Shown here piece by piece: positions 1-15,628 of a stretch of 64,000 bases of DNA. The number at the start of each line of letters is the position of its first letter. Positions within the stretch are counted from its first letter, which is position 1. A model generated the notes under the pieces. It did no database searches. It was given only the letters and a program-made list of their open reading frames with translations, and had not been told where the DNA came from. Source of the stretch: the human T2T-CHM13v2.0 reference genome, Homo sapiens; assembly GCF_009914755.1 (NCBI RefSeq), contig NC_060926.1; one strand, written 5' to 3'. The position numbers and the translations under genes were made by a program.

Positions 1-882
1 AAATTCAGATTCTAACATTTATATGGAAATGCAAACAACTTAGAATGGACAAAATAATTTTTAAAAAGAAGTACAAAGTTGGAGGATTCCCACTACTTTA
101 AGACTTGCTATAAAACTACAGAAATCTAGACAGTGTTTTATTAATGTAAGAACAGATATATAGTAATGGAAAAGTACAGATAGCTCAGAAATAGTCTCAC
201 ATGTATATGGTCAATGGATTTTTGAAAAATTTGCAGGAAAATTCAATTGGGAAAGAATATTAATTTCAATAAGTGGTGCTAGAATAATTGAACATTAATA
301 TGTAATAGAAATCAACCTCAACTATTAATCTTACACTGTAAACAAAAATTAGCCAGAAATAAATCACATAAATAAAAGAGCTAAAGCAATGAACGTTCTA
401 AAAGAAAATACAGAAAAGGTCTTTTTGATATCTGAGTTAGGCAAAGATTTCTTAGATATGATACAAAAATACAAACCATGAAAGAAAAGGTGATAAATTG
501 GACTCTATCAACATTGAAAACTTCAACTGTTTGAAAGACTGTTAAGAAAATGAAATTAAGATGAAAACTGCGAGAGAAAATACTTTCAAATATACATTAA
601 ATAAAGAAATTTAGAATTTATATTAAATTTTTACTTATAATTTATAAAAATTTAGAATTGTATTTAGAATTTACGTAAAATTCTTATTTAGAATTTTAGA
701 ATTGTATTTAGAATTTATATAAAATTCTTACCCATTTAATTGTATTTAGAATTTATATAAAATTCTTACCCATTTAATAAGAAGATAAGTGACCAAATTA
801 AAAATGGGCAAAATATTTGAACAGACGTTTCACCAAAGATGACAGACAAATGGCCACTAAGTATATTAAAAGATGGTCAACA
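1..882 (+). mobile_element. Old L1 (L1M-type) ORF2 3' fragment, degenerate
   Basis: Resembles L1 ORF2 3' consensus, e.g. AAAGTTGGAGGA..., GAGTTAGGCAAAGATTTCTTAGAT, AAAATGGGCAAAATATTTGAACAGAC. No intact ORF. Continues at 1876 after a nested insert. Confidence 0.8.
701..776. repeat. 38-bp perfect tandem duplication within an AT-rich degenerate repeat (about 610-780)
   Basis: ATTGTATTTAGAATTTATATAAAATTCTTACCCATTTA at 701-738 and 739-776. Confidence 0.9.
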
Positions 883-1875
883 AATCTTGAGATTCTTGTA
901 ATGCCGAAGAAAAAGACGTGCTCAAAAATGATAGGACATTTGGGAGAGACACAGGTACCAACGTGAAAGTGATCCCAATGGTCAAAGCTGAGGCAATTAG
1001 AGCAACAGCATAAATGGTAGTATTGGATTATACTCCACAGTGTAAAATAAATATCGATTAGTCAATAGTGATATAAATAGCAAATAAATAAATAAATGGG
1101 GAAGGGAACTGCTCTTCCTTACAATAGAATTCTAATTAGTAAATGGAGAAGAAATAATGCAAATAGAAAATCACTATTTGGCAAGCACCACAATAAAAGC
1201 TGTTGTGGGCAAGAATCACAAATAGATGTTAAAATTATTGAGTAAAAATAGGATGAAAAACAGGATAGTCTCCTGGTCTCAAAGTCCCTTCCCACAAGAT
1301 TCTTACTAATTTGGAATTAGTAATTTCCACACTAAAGGAAAAGGGGTCACTTTATAATAGAGAAAACTAGCATTCACCTAACCCAGTTATCAAAGTTGCA
1401 TCAGCAGTAATAATACATTCCACATACACTATATCGCTTCTGTGGTATTCTTACCCAAAATGCATAACCTCAATATGTTCATGAAAGAACATCAGATGAA
1501 CTCAATTTGAGGGTCATTCTTTAAAATCACTGGCCAGGACTTGTCAAAAGTGCAGAAGTTATGAAAGACAAAGAAAGACTGAGGATCTGTTACAGATTAG
1601 AGGAAATTTGACAGTTAAATTCAATGTGGCATCCAGGATTAAATCCTGGACCAGAAAAAAAAAGTGTAAAAACAGGAAAATTTGATGAAGTCTATAGATT
1701 AGTTCATAGTATTATATCCATGTTAGTTTCCTGGTTTCCACCACTGTACTATGGCTTTGTGAGATTATGGGAGACTGAATGAAGGGCGTATGAGAACTCT
1801 CTGAACTATTTTTGCAACTATTATGTGAATCTAAAATTATTTCAGAATCAAAATGACATTTGGTAGAAAAAAAGC
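883..1875 (+). mobile_element. L1MC/L1MD-like 3'-UTR fragment nested in the older L1
   Basis: L1MC/MD-like 3' end (...GAACTCTCTGAACTATTTTTGCAACT...GAATCTAAAATTATTTCA). Flanked by CAACA at 878-882 and 1876-1880, where the host L1 resumes. Confidence 0.65.
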
Positions 1876-2004
1876 CAACATCATTAGTCATTAGAGAAAT
1901 ACAAATTAAAATCACCAAGAGATAACTGTGCACCTACTAGAATGGCTAGAATTAGTAAGACTGATGCTAGCAAGTACTAACGAAGATGCAGAGAAACTGA
2001 AGCT
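1876..2004 (+). mobile_element. Host L1 continuation
   Basis: CAACATCATTAGTCATTAGAGAAATACAAATTAAAA...CACCTACTAGAATGGCT is canonical L1 3' ORF2 sequence. Confidence 0.75.
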
Positions 2005-3255
2005 GTTTCCTGTCTTTATTGTGGTAAAAAAGATGCGTCTGTCACATTTATGATGTTGCACAACCACTACCACTATATATGAATAGTTCCAGAGTCTTTT
2101 CATCAGCACAAATGAAAACCCTGTACCCACTAATACTCACTCCCTATTCCCCTCTGTTTTAACATATACCCAGGATTTGTTTTAATTGGGGGAAATAAGA
2201 CATGCAGGTATGGAAATGACTGTCATGAAGGGAGGAGTTTTATACTGACAGGTCCGTGGAAACAGGAGGTGCAGTACACCTGGCAGGGTCTTATGGCGAA
2301 GCACCAGGATTGATCAGGAGGCAGAAGAGGTGAGAGGAAAGCGTGTGAGAGATCCTTGATCGTGGTTTTCACGGCAGAGGTAGGGCAGGGTGAGCAAGCT
2401 GAGCACGTTTAGGATTGAATAGCTGAAACAATTTCAGCAGGCTCTGGGCTATAGTGGTCCCTAGTTGTCAGTATCTGGCTCTGGGGTGATTTAGGGAAGG
2501 GTGGGTAGTGTTATGATCTGCAGGAGGCTGATACAATCAGGTGGATGGGGATATTGGTTGGTTTGCAAATCAAGACATGCTCTCAGACAAGTTGTTTGCT
2601 ATCTCCAGGAATTAGTGAACCCTGGGAGGGGGAGTCCCTCCCTGGGTCTGCAAGGACCCAAGATGTCAAAGCACCGTAAAATACAGAAAATAAAAAACAT
2701 GATTAACACATGCCCTCCTCCCAACCCCTGGCAACGACTCCTCTGCTGTCTGTCTTTTGGTTTGCCTATTGTGGGCATTTCATAGAAATGGAACCGTATA
2801 ATATGTCACCCTTTGTTTTTGGCTACTTTCACTTAATGTACTGTTTTCAAGGTCTGTCCATGTTGCAGCATGTGACAGTACTTCATCCCTTTACATGGCA
2901 TGGCTGAGTAATATTCCATGGTATGGCTGGACCACATCTTGTTACCCATTCATCCATGCATGGGCATGCAGGTGGTGTCTACATCTCAGCAATGGTGAAT
3001 GATGCTGCTATAAATGTTCATGTACACATTTTTGTTCAAACAGCTGTTTTAATTCTTTTGGTTACATACCCAAAAGTATTAATAGGATTGCTGGCTCATA
3101 TGGTCATTCTGTATTTCACTTATTGAGGAACTGCCAAATGGTTATTCACAGTAGATTTGCCGTTTTACATTCCTACCAACAGTGGAGGAAGATTCCCATT
3201 TCTCCACATCCTTGCCAAAATGTGTCATTTTCCAGTTTTTCTTTTTATGTATTAT
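2005..3255 (-). mobile_element. L1MB-like 3' fragment (antisense), split by an LTR
   Basis: L1MB-like 3'-end motifs in reverse orientation (CCCCTGGCAAC...TTTGCCTATT...CATTTCATAGAAATGGAA; GAGGAACTGCCAAA...TTTACATTCCTACCAACAG). Confidence 0.75.
2155..2710 (-). mobile_element. ERVL-class solo LTR (MER77/MER68-like)
   Basis: TG...CA termini. The reverse complement starts TGTGTTAATCATGTTTTTTATTTTCTGTATT...TTTGACATCTTGGG. It interrupts colinear L1MB sequence. Subfamily is from memory. Confidence 0.6.
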
Positions 3256-3264
3256 AGCCATCGG

Positions 3265-3870
3265 CAGCTGAACTTGTCTACATTGCTGGTGGGAATGCAA
3301 AATGGTCTGGCCATTCTGGAAAATAGTTTGGCAGTTTCCTCTAAAGGTAAGTGTACACCCTCACAGGACCCAGCAACCAAGCTCCTAGAAAGATGTGAGA
3401 TTAAATTGTCTGCAAGAGACCCGAGAGAGGTGAAACACATGTGTACAAAGGCAGCTTGACTAAAAATCATCCTAAACTAGAAACAACCTAAATGATCATC
3501 AGCCAATGAATGCATGAGCAATTGTAGTATATACAGACCATAGAATTCTCAGTCACAGAAAGCAGCAGGCTCAAATATGTGCAACGGCATGGATGACCCT
3601 CCAGGGCATGAGTCTGAGGGTGAGAAGGTGGACGCGAAAGGCTGTTTTCTGTCTGATTTCATTTTTATGGCAGTCTTTACAAAGCAAAACAGAAACAACT
3701 GAGATCAGTGGTTGCCAGTGGCTGGGGAGGGGGAGGCAACTGAGTGCAGAGGGGTTCAAGAGGACTCACTGGAGTGATGAAAATGTTCTTATAGAGATAG
3801 TTCCACATATGAATTTTAAACTTGAAATGGATGGATTGTACTGTATGCAAACTATACCTTTTTAAAAATG
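3265..3870 (+). mobile_element. Host L1 3' end resumed (L1ME/MD-like)
   Basis: CATTGCTGGTGGGAATGCAAAATGG...CTGGAAAATAGTTTGGCAGTTTC and GAGATCAGTGGTTGCCAG. Colinear with the L1 piece ending near 2004. Confidence 0.7.
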
Positions 3871-4900
3871 TTTTTTTTAAAGCTTGCATGCTTTAGATGG
3901 ATCTGCTTTTCTGCTTTGTATGTGGAGCATGAAAACCAGCTTGCAGGTGGAGGAGATCACGGTGTCTCGAGACACACAAAAGTTGCAGGAGGATGTGCAC
4001 ATGTGGGAAACTGAGTCAGTTTCTCAATGTCAGCAGCAAGGACTCACAAGGCTGTTTGTTTTGTTTTTTTACTAGATGTTGACAGTGCCTTCTCCTTCAC
4101 CTTCTCTCTCTCTTTCTCCTTGTCCTTCCTTTTTAACGACTTGACCATTTTCCTTAATTTGAGCATAAAGAACATATCTTGTTACTTGAAGATTTCCACA
4201 ACTTGCAGTTATTGATTATATACCAAAATATTACATGTGAAATCTTCCTGGAAGAAAATACAATATTCCAGAGTCCTTACACAAATAATTTTTAGAGAAT
4301 GAAAAATTAGTGTCAATATTTTCCTCCTATTACATTTCAAACCTCTTTACTTCTGTGTGTGCATCTGCCAGCCGACCTGAGAGCGCTTCTGCTGAGCTGC
4401 TCAGCCGGGAGTCAGTGGAAATCCATGGATTTCAAATGGATGAAGATCACAGGTGACACACCCATCATGTGTGGCCCAGAGAAACAAAGGCCACACTCTC
4501 ATCCTTTGATACCGGTTCATGAATTTCTCCTCAGGGGGAAAAGTAAGTATCTGTCAAATAATGCAATAAAGTCGTTTCACTTTACTCGAGTTCAGCATCT
4601 CTTCCGCGGGTAGGCGTGAGGGCCTTTTTGAAGGAGGAAGGAAAAATCCATCAGGAGTAGAAGAGGAAAAAGAAACTGGAGGAGGAAGCCTGGAGGGAAA
4701 GCCTGGAGCAGGCAGGCTTCGGCATCTTGGCACAGAGGGAGGGGAAGCGGCGGCACTCCTGGCCGCCATCTATCCATCTTCCCTGGCAGGAGATGAAGAA
4801 ATAAAGAAGGGAAATGGAGTCAAGGGAAATCATTAAAAACATTTTAGAAACTGTACAGCCTAGAGAAGTAACATATCACTTCATATCCCTACCTACCTAC

Positions 4901-4902
<2 letters not shown>

Positions 4903-4956
<54 letters not shown>

Positions 4957-4972
4957 TCTCTCTCTCTCTCTC
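4903..4972. repeat. Compound microsatellite (AC)25 followed by (CT)n
   Basis: Directly visible. Confidence 0.95.
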
Positions 4973-5654
4973 TTTTCTGAACAAGGACACTCCATGTTTC
5001 TTTCCTGGTCACTTGGGAGAGGCCTGTAGCCCACTCCAACTCCCCCAGAAAAAAGAAATTTACCATACACCCAGAAGTATTCCCCCCAGAAGCCTGCTTT
5101 GATATGTTTTTATATTCCAGATATAATCAGTTTTAACACATGAGTTTAATTCCAAGTTTATTGCTTCATACATGTTAGGTCAAACCTGAGTGTTTATTTA
5201 GATAAGTGTTCAGAACTTTTTAAAGTCAAATTTTCAACTCATGAGTTTAAAGTTTTCTGAAGAACATTTTGAAACATAAACATAGTTTTAATTTAAGATC
5301 TGCTAAGGCTCAAAAGTGTCATGCGGAAGGGAGGCCATAATTTCTAATTATAAAGTATTGGGGGCGATAAATTCACATGACCTTTGCAGGAAAGTTTATG
5401 ACCACGCCACCACAGGGCAGGGGCTTTATAAGGGGCCGGGGCATGTGTGGCCACCAAAGGCCCCTGCATGTTATTTAGACAGAGTGAAGAAAATCACACT
5501 CCCCGCATCCCCAGGCCTGCTCTTCCGACAGCGCCACTGAGCCACAGAGTGTGATGCGTAGCTTCAGTCCCAAACAGGGATTTCCATTTCTGAAAATAGA
5601 ACCGGGACACTATCATGCTGAGGGAACCCTAGGGATCATTCACCCCAACCTGTT

Positions 5655-5710
5655 ATCCACAGAGGGGAAACTGAGGCCCACAGTGGCGAAGGAATAACCA
5701 AGGTCATCTT
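5655..5710. mobile_element. MIR core fragment
   Basis: CAGAGGGGAAACTGAGGCCCA...CCAAGGTCA matches the MIR core. Confidence 0.55.
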
Positions 5711-5805
5711 CTAACCAATGACAGAAAACGGAATACAGACTTCCCCTGGCCCAGTTCTTTTTCTGATCTTCCCCATAGCCTCGTGCTGTGGCTAGGTTTT
5801 GCTCT

Positions 5806-6022
5806 TTTTGTTCTTCTCCTTCTCCTTCTCCTTCTCCCTCTCCCTGTCCCTCTTCTTCTCCCTCCCCCTCCCTCCTCCTCCTCCTCTTCTTCCCCTTCCA
5901 CTTCCCCTTCCCCTTCCCCTTCTCCTTCTCCCTCTCCCTCTCCTTCTCCTTCCCCTTCCTCCTCCTCCTCCTCCTCCTCTTCTTCCCCTTCCCCTTCCCC
6001 TTCTCCTTCTCCTTCTTTTTTC
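5806..6022. repeat. Polypyrimidine low-complexity tract (CCT, TTCCCC, TTCTCC units) at an Alu tail
   Basis: About 215 nt almost purely C/T, directly abutting the antisense Alu. Confidence 0.9.
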
Positions 6023-6301
6023 TTGACAAGGTCTTGTTCTGTCACCCAGGCTGGAGGCAGTGGCGTGATCACGGCTCACTGCAGCCTCGACTTCCTGGGC
6101 TCAAGTGATCCTTTTGCCTCAACATCCTAAGTAACTGGAACTACAGGCACACACCACAACACCTGGCCGACTTTTGTATATTTTTTGCAGAGATGGGGTC
6201 TTATTATGTCACCAGGCTGGTCTTGTACCCTGGGCTCAAGTGATCACCCACCTCAGTCTCCCAAAGTGCTGGGATTACAGGCATGAGCCACTGCAGCTGG
6301 C
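6016..6301 (-). mobile_element. AluJ-like SINE
   Basis: Antisense Alu with J-type features (CACTGCAGCCTCGACTTCCTGGGCTCAAGTGATCC). Confidence 0.9.
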
Positions 6302-6954
6302 ATTTCTTTTCTTATATGATAAAAAATAAGTGTTTCAATTGCCTGCCTTCCCACTCTCAATTAGCATCTACATGCAGCAAGAGATGGTGGGTCCTAGTGA
6401 GCTCCCACGTTAGCCCAAGCCAGTCTCTAAACACTTCACAGTCATGGGAAGAGATGCCAAATTCTGCAGCTCCCACCTCTTGACTCCCCGCTCTCAACTC
6501 CCCCTCCGCTGCCTCCTGTCCCATCTGCTGCCTCCTGTCCCCTCCCCACCCACCGCTGTTCCTTGTCTGGCTGGGCACTGGGCTGGCTTCCGTCTTCCAG
6601 CTGGATCACTTTTTTCTTTAGAACTCTGGTTCGTTTCCAGTTGCTTCCAGAAGGAAATCCAAACTCCTAACTGGTCCCACAAGACCCTTGGGAGCCTGGT
6701 CCCCACCTTCCTCTACGGTGCTGCCAGCACCCCTAGTGGACAAGCCTTGCTTATCTGCCCAGCACCTCTTTCCACTCTCAGGGCACCAACCTGCCCTTCT
6801 TATCCCACCCCATCACAGGAGCCCCAGCTGCAGTCAGGCCAGGAGAGCCCCATGCCTAGTGTCTCTGCCAAGCAAGAGAGGAAGGCTGTTTAATGAGCAC
6901 TGCTGTCCTGGGAAGATGTGACCCTGGAGTATCCCACCTCCTATCATGCACAGG

Positions 6955-7160
6955 AAGAAGCAAGGCCCACACACAGAGGGAGGCAGAGCTAAAGCATAGA
7001 GAGAAAGGAGAGGGATATAGCATCATTGAAACTCCTGGATCCAGCTAAGCCTGAAGCCAGCCCAAGCCTGAACTTCCCAAGTAGTGAGCCAATACATTTC
7101 TGGTAGGCAGGTTCAGGTTGAATGTCTGTTACCTACAACCAAGAGAGTGCTAACCACTGA
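6955..7160. mobile_element. MLT1 (ERVL-MaLR) LTR fragment
   Basis: CCTGGATCCAGCTAAGCCTGAAGCCAG...GTGAGCCAATACATTTC and TCTGTTACCTACAACCAAGAGAGT are MLT1J/K-like. Confidence 0.55.
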
Positions 7161-7299
7161 GACCCTGAGGTCTGAGCCACAGGGTGCTCTCCATTTCAGG
7201 GACATGAATGCCTCTTGCATGCCTTTGGGTCTTGTCACAGCATCATCTCTTCACCTGAATGAGTTTTTCTCCCTCCTATGCCTGGTAGATGTTACTTGC

Positions 7300-7806
7300 T
7301 GTATTAGTCAGGGTTCTCTAGAGGGATAGGACTATAGGAAAGATGTATTTATGAAAAGGAGTTCATGAAGGATAATTGGCTCGCATGATCACAAGCTGAT
7401 GTCCCACAATAGGCCGTCTGCAAAGCCTCAAAAGCAGGGAAGCCGACACTGCAGCCTTCAGTCTGTGGCTGAAGGTCTGAGAGCCCCCAGCAAAACCACT
7501 GGTGTAGGCCCAAGAGTCCAAAAGCTGAAGAACTTGAGTCTGATGTTCAAGGTCAAGAAGCCCCCAGCACAGGAGAAAGACGAAGGCAGGAGACTCAGCC
7601 AGTCCAGTCCTTCCACGTTCTTCTGCTTGCTTTATTCTAGCCTTGTTGGCAGCTGATTAGATGGTCCCCTCCCAGACTGAGGGTGGGTCTGCCTCTCTTA
7701 GTCCACTGACTCAAATGTTAATCTTTGGGAACACCCTCACAGACACACCCAGGAACAATACTTTGCACCCTTAAATCCAATCAAGTTGAAAATAGTCACC
7801 ATCACA
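7300..7806 (-). mobile_element. MLT2A/B (HERV-L) solo LTR with intact 5-bp TSD
   Basis: Starts TGTATTAGTCAGGGTTCTCTAGAGGGA and ends ...ATCAAGTTGA...CCATCACA. CTTGC duplicated at 7295-7299 and 7807-7811. Confidence 0.9.
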
Positions 7807-7930
7807 CTTGCCCCTTACTGAGGTCTTTCCAGGCACCCCCTAATCCTGCAGATCATTCTCTTCTCAGTCTTCTCAGTGTGGATTCGAAACCCCATTACAT
7901 CCCTCAGCATACTGTCATAAAGTATATGTT

Positions 7931-8229
7931 GGCTGGGCAAGGTGGCTCAGGCCTGTAATCTCAGCACTTTGGGAGGCTGAGGCAGGTGGATCACCTGAGG
8001 TCAGGAGTTCGAGACCAGCCTGGCCAAGACGGTGAAACCCCGTCTCTACTAAAAATACAAAAATTAGCCAGGTGTGGTGGCTTGTGACTGTAATCCCAGC
8101 TACTCAAGAGGCTGAGGCAGGAGAATCACTTGAACCTGGGAGGCGGAAGTTGCAGTGAGCTGAGATCACGCCATTGCATAGCAGCTGGGGCGACAGAGCG
8201 AGACTACATCTATCTCAAAAAAAAAAAAA
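7931..8229 (+). mobile_element. AluS-like SINE
   Basis: Full dimer with A tail; imperfect TSD AAAGTAT(A/C)TGT. Confidence 0.95.
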
Positions 8230-8363
8230 GTATCTGTCTATTGGCTCCTACTCCACTTCTTAGAACAATATGAAGCACAGTAAATAATGGCTAATTAGAA
8301 GGTACTGTAGTAATAATTTGCTGTGTTTGATTAATTTCTACCCATAGTTGTACAATAAATCGC

Positions 8364-8662
8364 TTTTTTTTTTTTTTTTTGAGATGAGGCCTTGCTCTTG
8401 TCCCCCACGCTGGAGTGCAATGGCGTGATCTCAGCTCACTGAACCCTCCGCCTCCCAGGTTCAAGTGATTTCCTGCCTCAGCCTCTCGAGTAGCTGGGAT
8501 TATGGGTGCCCACCACCACGCCTGGCTAATTTTTGTATTTTTAGTAGAGACGGGATTTCACCATATTGGCCAGGCTAGTTTAGAACTCCAGACCTCAGGT
8601 GATCCGCCCACCTCGGCCTCCCAAAGTGCTGGGATTACAGGCGTGAGCCACCGCGCCCAGCC
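8364..8662 (-). mobile_element. AluS-like (Sq/Sp) SINE
   Basis: T-tail followed by an antisense Alu dimer. Confidence 0.95.
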
Positions 8663-8870
8663 ACATGTATTTTTAATTAGGGTGTATCCCCAGTGTATGG
8701 TGAGGAGAGATGCCACCATGATTCCTATGATCCCTCCACACTGCTTTCATTTGAAAGTGCTATGTCTGAAGAAGTTAAATGAATAGGGAGCTGAGCAGGG
8801 CAGGAAAGTGAGGGCATAGGATGTGAATGACAAATTTGAAGATTAAAAATCAGGGCAGGACAGTGAGAAT

Positions 8871-8979
8871 TGGATGTGGTTTGGCTGTGTGCCCACCCAA
8901 ATCTCATCTAGAACTGTAGCTCCCATAATTCCCATGTGTGGTGGGAAGGACCTGGTGGGAGGTAATAATCATGGGGGCA
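8871..8979 (+). mobile_element. THE1-type MaLR LTR 5' fragment
   Basis: TGGTTTGGCTGTGTGCCCACCCAAATCTCATCTAGAACTGTAGCTCCCATAATTCCCATGTGT. Confidence 0.8.
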
Positions 8980-9404
8980 AGCCTGGAAGGAGCTGGAACG
9001 TCACTCTGAAAAATCTGAGCCCAAAAGGAGAACCTGGCAGTGCTGACAGATGAGAGGGTTTGTACTGAAAAGAGGGTAACTGTGTGAAAATCTGCATTCT
9101 GAATGATGAGATCCCCTGCCTAGGTCCCTTTCCCTCCTAAGTCTCCCAAGACTTAGGGAAAGAACCCAAGCTTCTGCCCCAGAGCAGGAGGTGGAAGAAT
9201 TCCTCCCTGGAGAGAGGGTCAGCCACAAAGAAAAATAGCAATGACTGGGCGGTCTTCCCCCAAGTGTGACTGAGTCCCCAGCTGATCATCCCAAAGTAAG
9301 CCTACCAGTGACAATGGTCCCTCTTCTCACATATACACGTATACATGCACACACACACACATGCACACACACAAATGCACACACACACATGCATACAGAG
9401 CTGC

Positions 9405-9865
9405 CAATCAACTCTTTAATGCCAAAGCCCTGAATCTGGGCTTGGTCTTGTGACTTAGCCCATGGAACATTGGTACATGTGTCAGGAGCAAAATCTTGGA
9501 AAGCATTTGCCTTGGGGCTTGTGCTCTTCAGACTGTGGTTGGAGTCCTGAGACCACAGCAAGAACAAACTCAAGCCAGCCTGCTAGAGAAGCCATGTGCA
9601 GGAGCACCAAGGGGTGAGAGCTGGTGCCTACTACCACCAGATCTGTGACAGAGGCCATCAGGCTTAAGCCATGAGATGACCACAGGCACATGAGTGACAC
9701 CAGGCAGGACTGCCAAAACAAACAAACAAACAAACAAACCAAAAACCACCTGGCTGAGCACAATCTGAACTGCTGGCCTACAAAACTGTAAGCAAATACA
9801 ATGATTGGTATTTGAAGGCACTGCATTAGAGGGTGGTTTGTTATGTGATAATAGATATAAGATAG
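9405..9865. mobile_element. MLT1F/H-like LTR fragment
   Basis: MLT1-like segments (GAATCTGGGCTTGG...GTGACTT; GGGTGGTTTGTTATG...AATAGATA), with an internal (AAAC)n. Confidence 0.55.
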
Positions 9866-10269
9866 ATTGGAAGGGTGTAAGAACATCAGCCACATGGCTA
9901 TCTGGGGAGCAGGAAGTTTCAGGTAGGCTTTTGTGTGGGGACATGCACTATGCAGGGAGGAACTGCCAGCAGCCCAGAGTGACAGGGGTGGAGTGAGCCA
10001 GAGACATAGAACCTGGAATTAGAGAGGTCATGGGGCAGGATCTTTGTCAGATTGGGTGGGCCTTACAGATGCTGGCAAAGACAGTCATTTATACAAAGTG
10101 AAATGAGCCCTTGGAGGGAGCGGAGCAGAGGAGGGGTGAGATCTGACTGCATCCTGATGACACCATTGAGCCTGTCTGCTAGCCCTGGATTTTTCTGGAA
10201 CTGGCTGCCCTAGCCAGGGGCTAGATGACTTGCAACTTCTCAAGTGGTGCTGGGTCCTGCCTCCAGGAG

Positions 10270-11760
<1,491 letters not shown>

Positions 11761-11844
11761 TATTTTCCAGGTTTAAAAAAGTCATATGAGTTTGATGCAA
11801 GAACAACTTTGATTAGATCTCAAAGGCATTTAAAAATGTGTGCC

Positions 11845-12173
11845 AGCTGGGCGTAGTGGCTCACACCTGTAATCCCAGCACCTTGGGGGGCCGAGGCAAA
11901 TGGATTACTTGAGGTCAGGAGTTTGAGACCAGTCTGGCCAACATGGTGAAACCCCATCTCTACTAAAGATACAAAAATTAGCTGGGCATGGTGGTGAGCA
12001 TGTGTGATCCTAGCTACTCAGGAGGCTGAGGCAGGAGAATTGCTTGAACCCAGGAGGCAAAGGTTGCAGTGAGCTGAGATTATGCCACTGCGCTCTAGCC
12101 TGGGTGACAGAGTGAGACTCTGCCTCAAAAAATAAATAAATAAAATAAAATAATAAAATAAATAAAAATAAAA
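11845..12173 (+). mobile_element. AluS-like SINE with (AAAAT)n tail
   Basis: Full dimer; flanking imperfect repeat AAAA(ATG/CA)TGTGCCA. Confidence 0.93.
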
Positions 12174-12954
12174 ACATGTGCCAAAGGCCAGTGTTAGCTC
12201 CACTTTACAAGCAGATGTGAATGATGTCAAGAAGTCAAAGCCAAAGGATAGGGGGAGCCCAAGCGTCCACCTTCTAAACCACAGCCCAGAAGTGTGGGTG
12301 TCGCACCAGGATTCCATTATGGAGAACAAGGCCCACATTGCTTAAGCAGGAAACGACTTATTAGAGGCTATGATAGAATTGTTTGTGGAGCTGAATGAGC
12401 AGGCTCTAGGTAGAGCTGTCAAGGCTGGCTTCTGAGCCATACTGCAGAGCTGGAGTTGCTGACTCATCACATCCAGAAACTGGTGAATCCAGAACCACTT
12501 GGAATCAAGGAGCCGCTCCTGCTGCAGCCAGCTTCTGAGCTGCAGCGCTCCTGCTATACGTCTCTCCAGGAACCGGATGTGCAGACCACACCTCTGGACA
12601 TCTGGTGCCTGGACACCATGCTGCCAAGAAAACCAAACACCTCCACCCTGGGCTGACCAGTGACGTGCAGGCATCTGCCCATTTCCCTACATATCCCTAG
12701 AAGTGCACCTCACCGATCAGGGCTGCCAGATACTGAAAAAGGTCATTTTCATTTTCCCATCTGCTGCAATTCAAGAAGAAAGAAGAGAGGCTGGATGGAA
12801 AGGAGGATGAGGACCCAAAACACGGAGGAACAATACCACCAGGAGATGACGCTGTTCAACACTGCTGGGTTAGCGACGTCAGACACTCGAGGGCAGGGCC
12901 ATTACACTGCAGCTGTGCCTTGGGCCCCCTACCCCCAGGGATTTCTCAAGGGGA

Positions 12955-14206
<1,252 letters not shown>

Positions 14207-15243
14207 AGCAGTTGGGATTTTTAAAGGAGAATCCTGCCTGTACAGGATGTGTGCCCTGGGCTTTAGGTTCTGGCTCTTTGTAAGTAGGATTCCATCCTGC
14301 TGGTGTCATTGCTGAAGTTAGGCAGAAGATTGGCTCTTGGACTTGACATCCAGAAAGTGTTCTGATGCCCATCACCAAGAATACATTGCACTTTACAACT
14401 AGATTCGAGAAGCATCTTCAACCCTGGTTTTTAGAACTGAAAAATGCTTTTACAGTGACCCCCAACCCTCACCGCTGCTCTATCACACTGGGGAATGTGC
14501 TGGATGATTGAAATCTTGGGGGGTGGCAGGTGGTTGCAGGTAGGCATAAAGTATTGCCAGAATAAAGCCAACAATACATGGCACAAGGATAGCTTTTTCC
14601 CAGACAGCATATTTCTAGCATTCAGCAACATGATGCTGAAGACCCCTAGAATCTACACAGAAATGCCAAAACTTTGTCAGATAATTCTCAAGAGTCCATC
14701 TCTGAAAACTTGTGGTTTCTTAAAATAATGGGTCATGTTCACTGTCATCTCAGTCTATGAGAGAATAATTCAAAATGAAGGCACCAAGACTAGTTTGATG
14801 GAAAAGTGTCAGTGGAGCGCTGTGTTAGTGTAAGACTGCTACTGCGCCAATGCTATTTGCTTTGCAAATAAGGAAGTGCTGTTTGGGAGATGCTGTTACC
14901 AACCCCCGGATCAATGTCATTGATTCATTAATCTGTTGGATTGATTCTGTCACACAAATATGGGCTGCTCTGTCATCTGCTCTCAGTTCACTAAATTCAA
15001 GTGGAGGTAACAACCCACCATGTCACTGGGAATGGAAACTAGACCTTTAACGATATCTTGGTTTTTGTCTCTTGCTCCAACAAGAACTTCATAGAGTTAA
15101 ACTACAAAAGGATCTGCTGAAGAGCTCAGGTGGGTTCACCCGTGCAGGCATTTTGACAAAAGGTAGCGACAACAGCATTCAAATGTATAAATTCATTGCT
15201 TTATTTAGCTCCTGAGAGTTTACTAAATTTTTTTCACATCTGA

Positions 15244-15628
<385 letters not shown>

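Noticed and set aside
4060-4548. Acceptor-like TTTTTTTACTAG (4075) and donor-like GTAAGT (4543) suggesting a lncRNA exon
   Set aside because: Isolated splice motifs with no supporting ORF or partner exon; frequent by chance.
5640-6130. Glu/Gly-rich ORFs resembling RPGR-ORF15 (EGEGEGEEEE), and Ser/Pro-rich ORFs on the other strand
   Set aside because: Translations of the polypyrimidine tract plus Alu sequence; no gene context.
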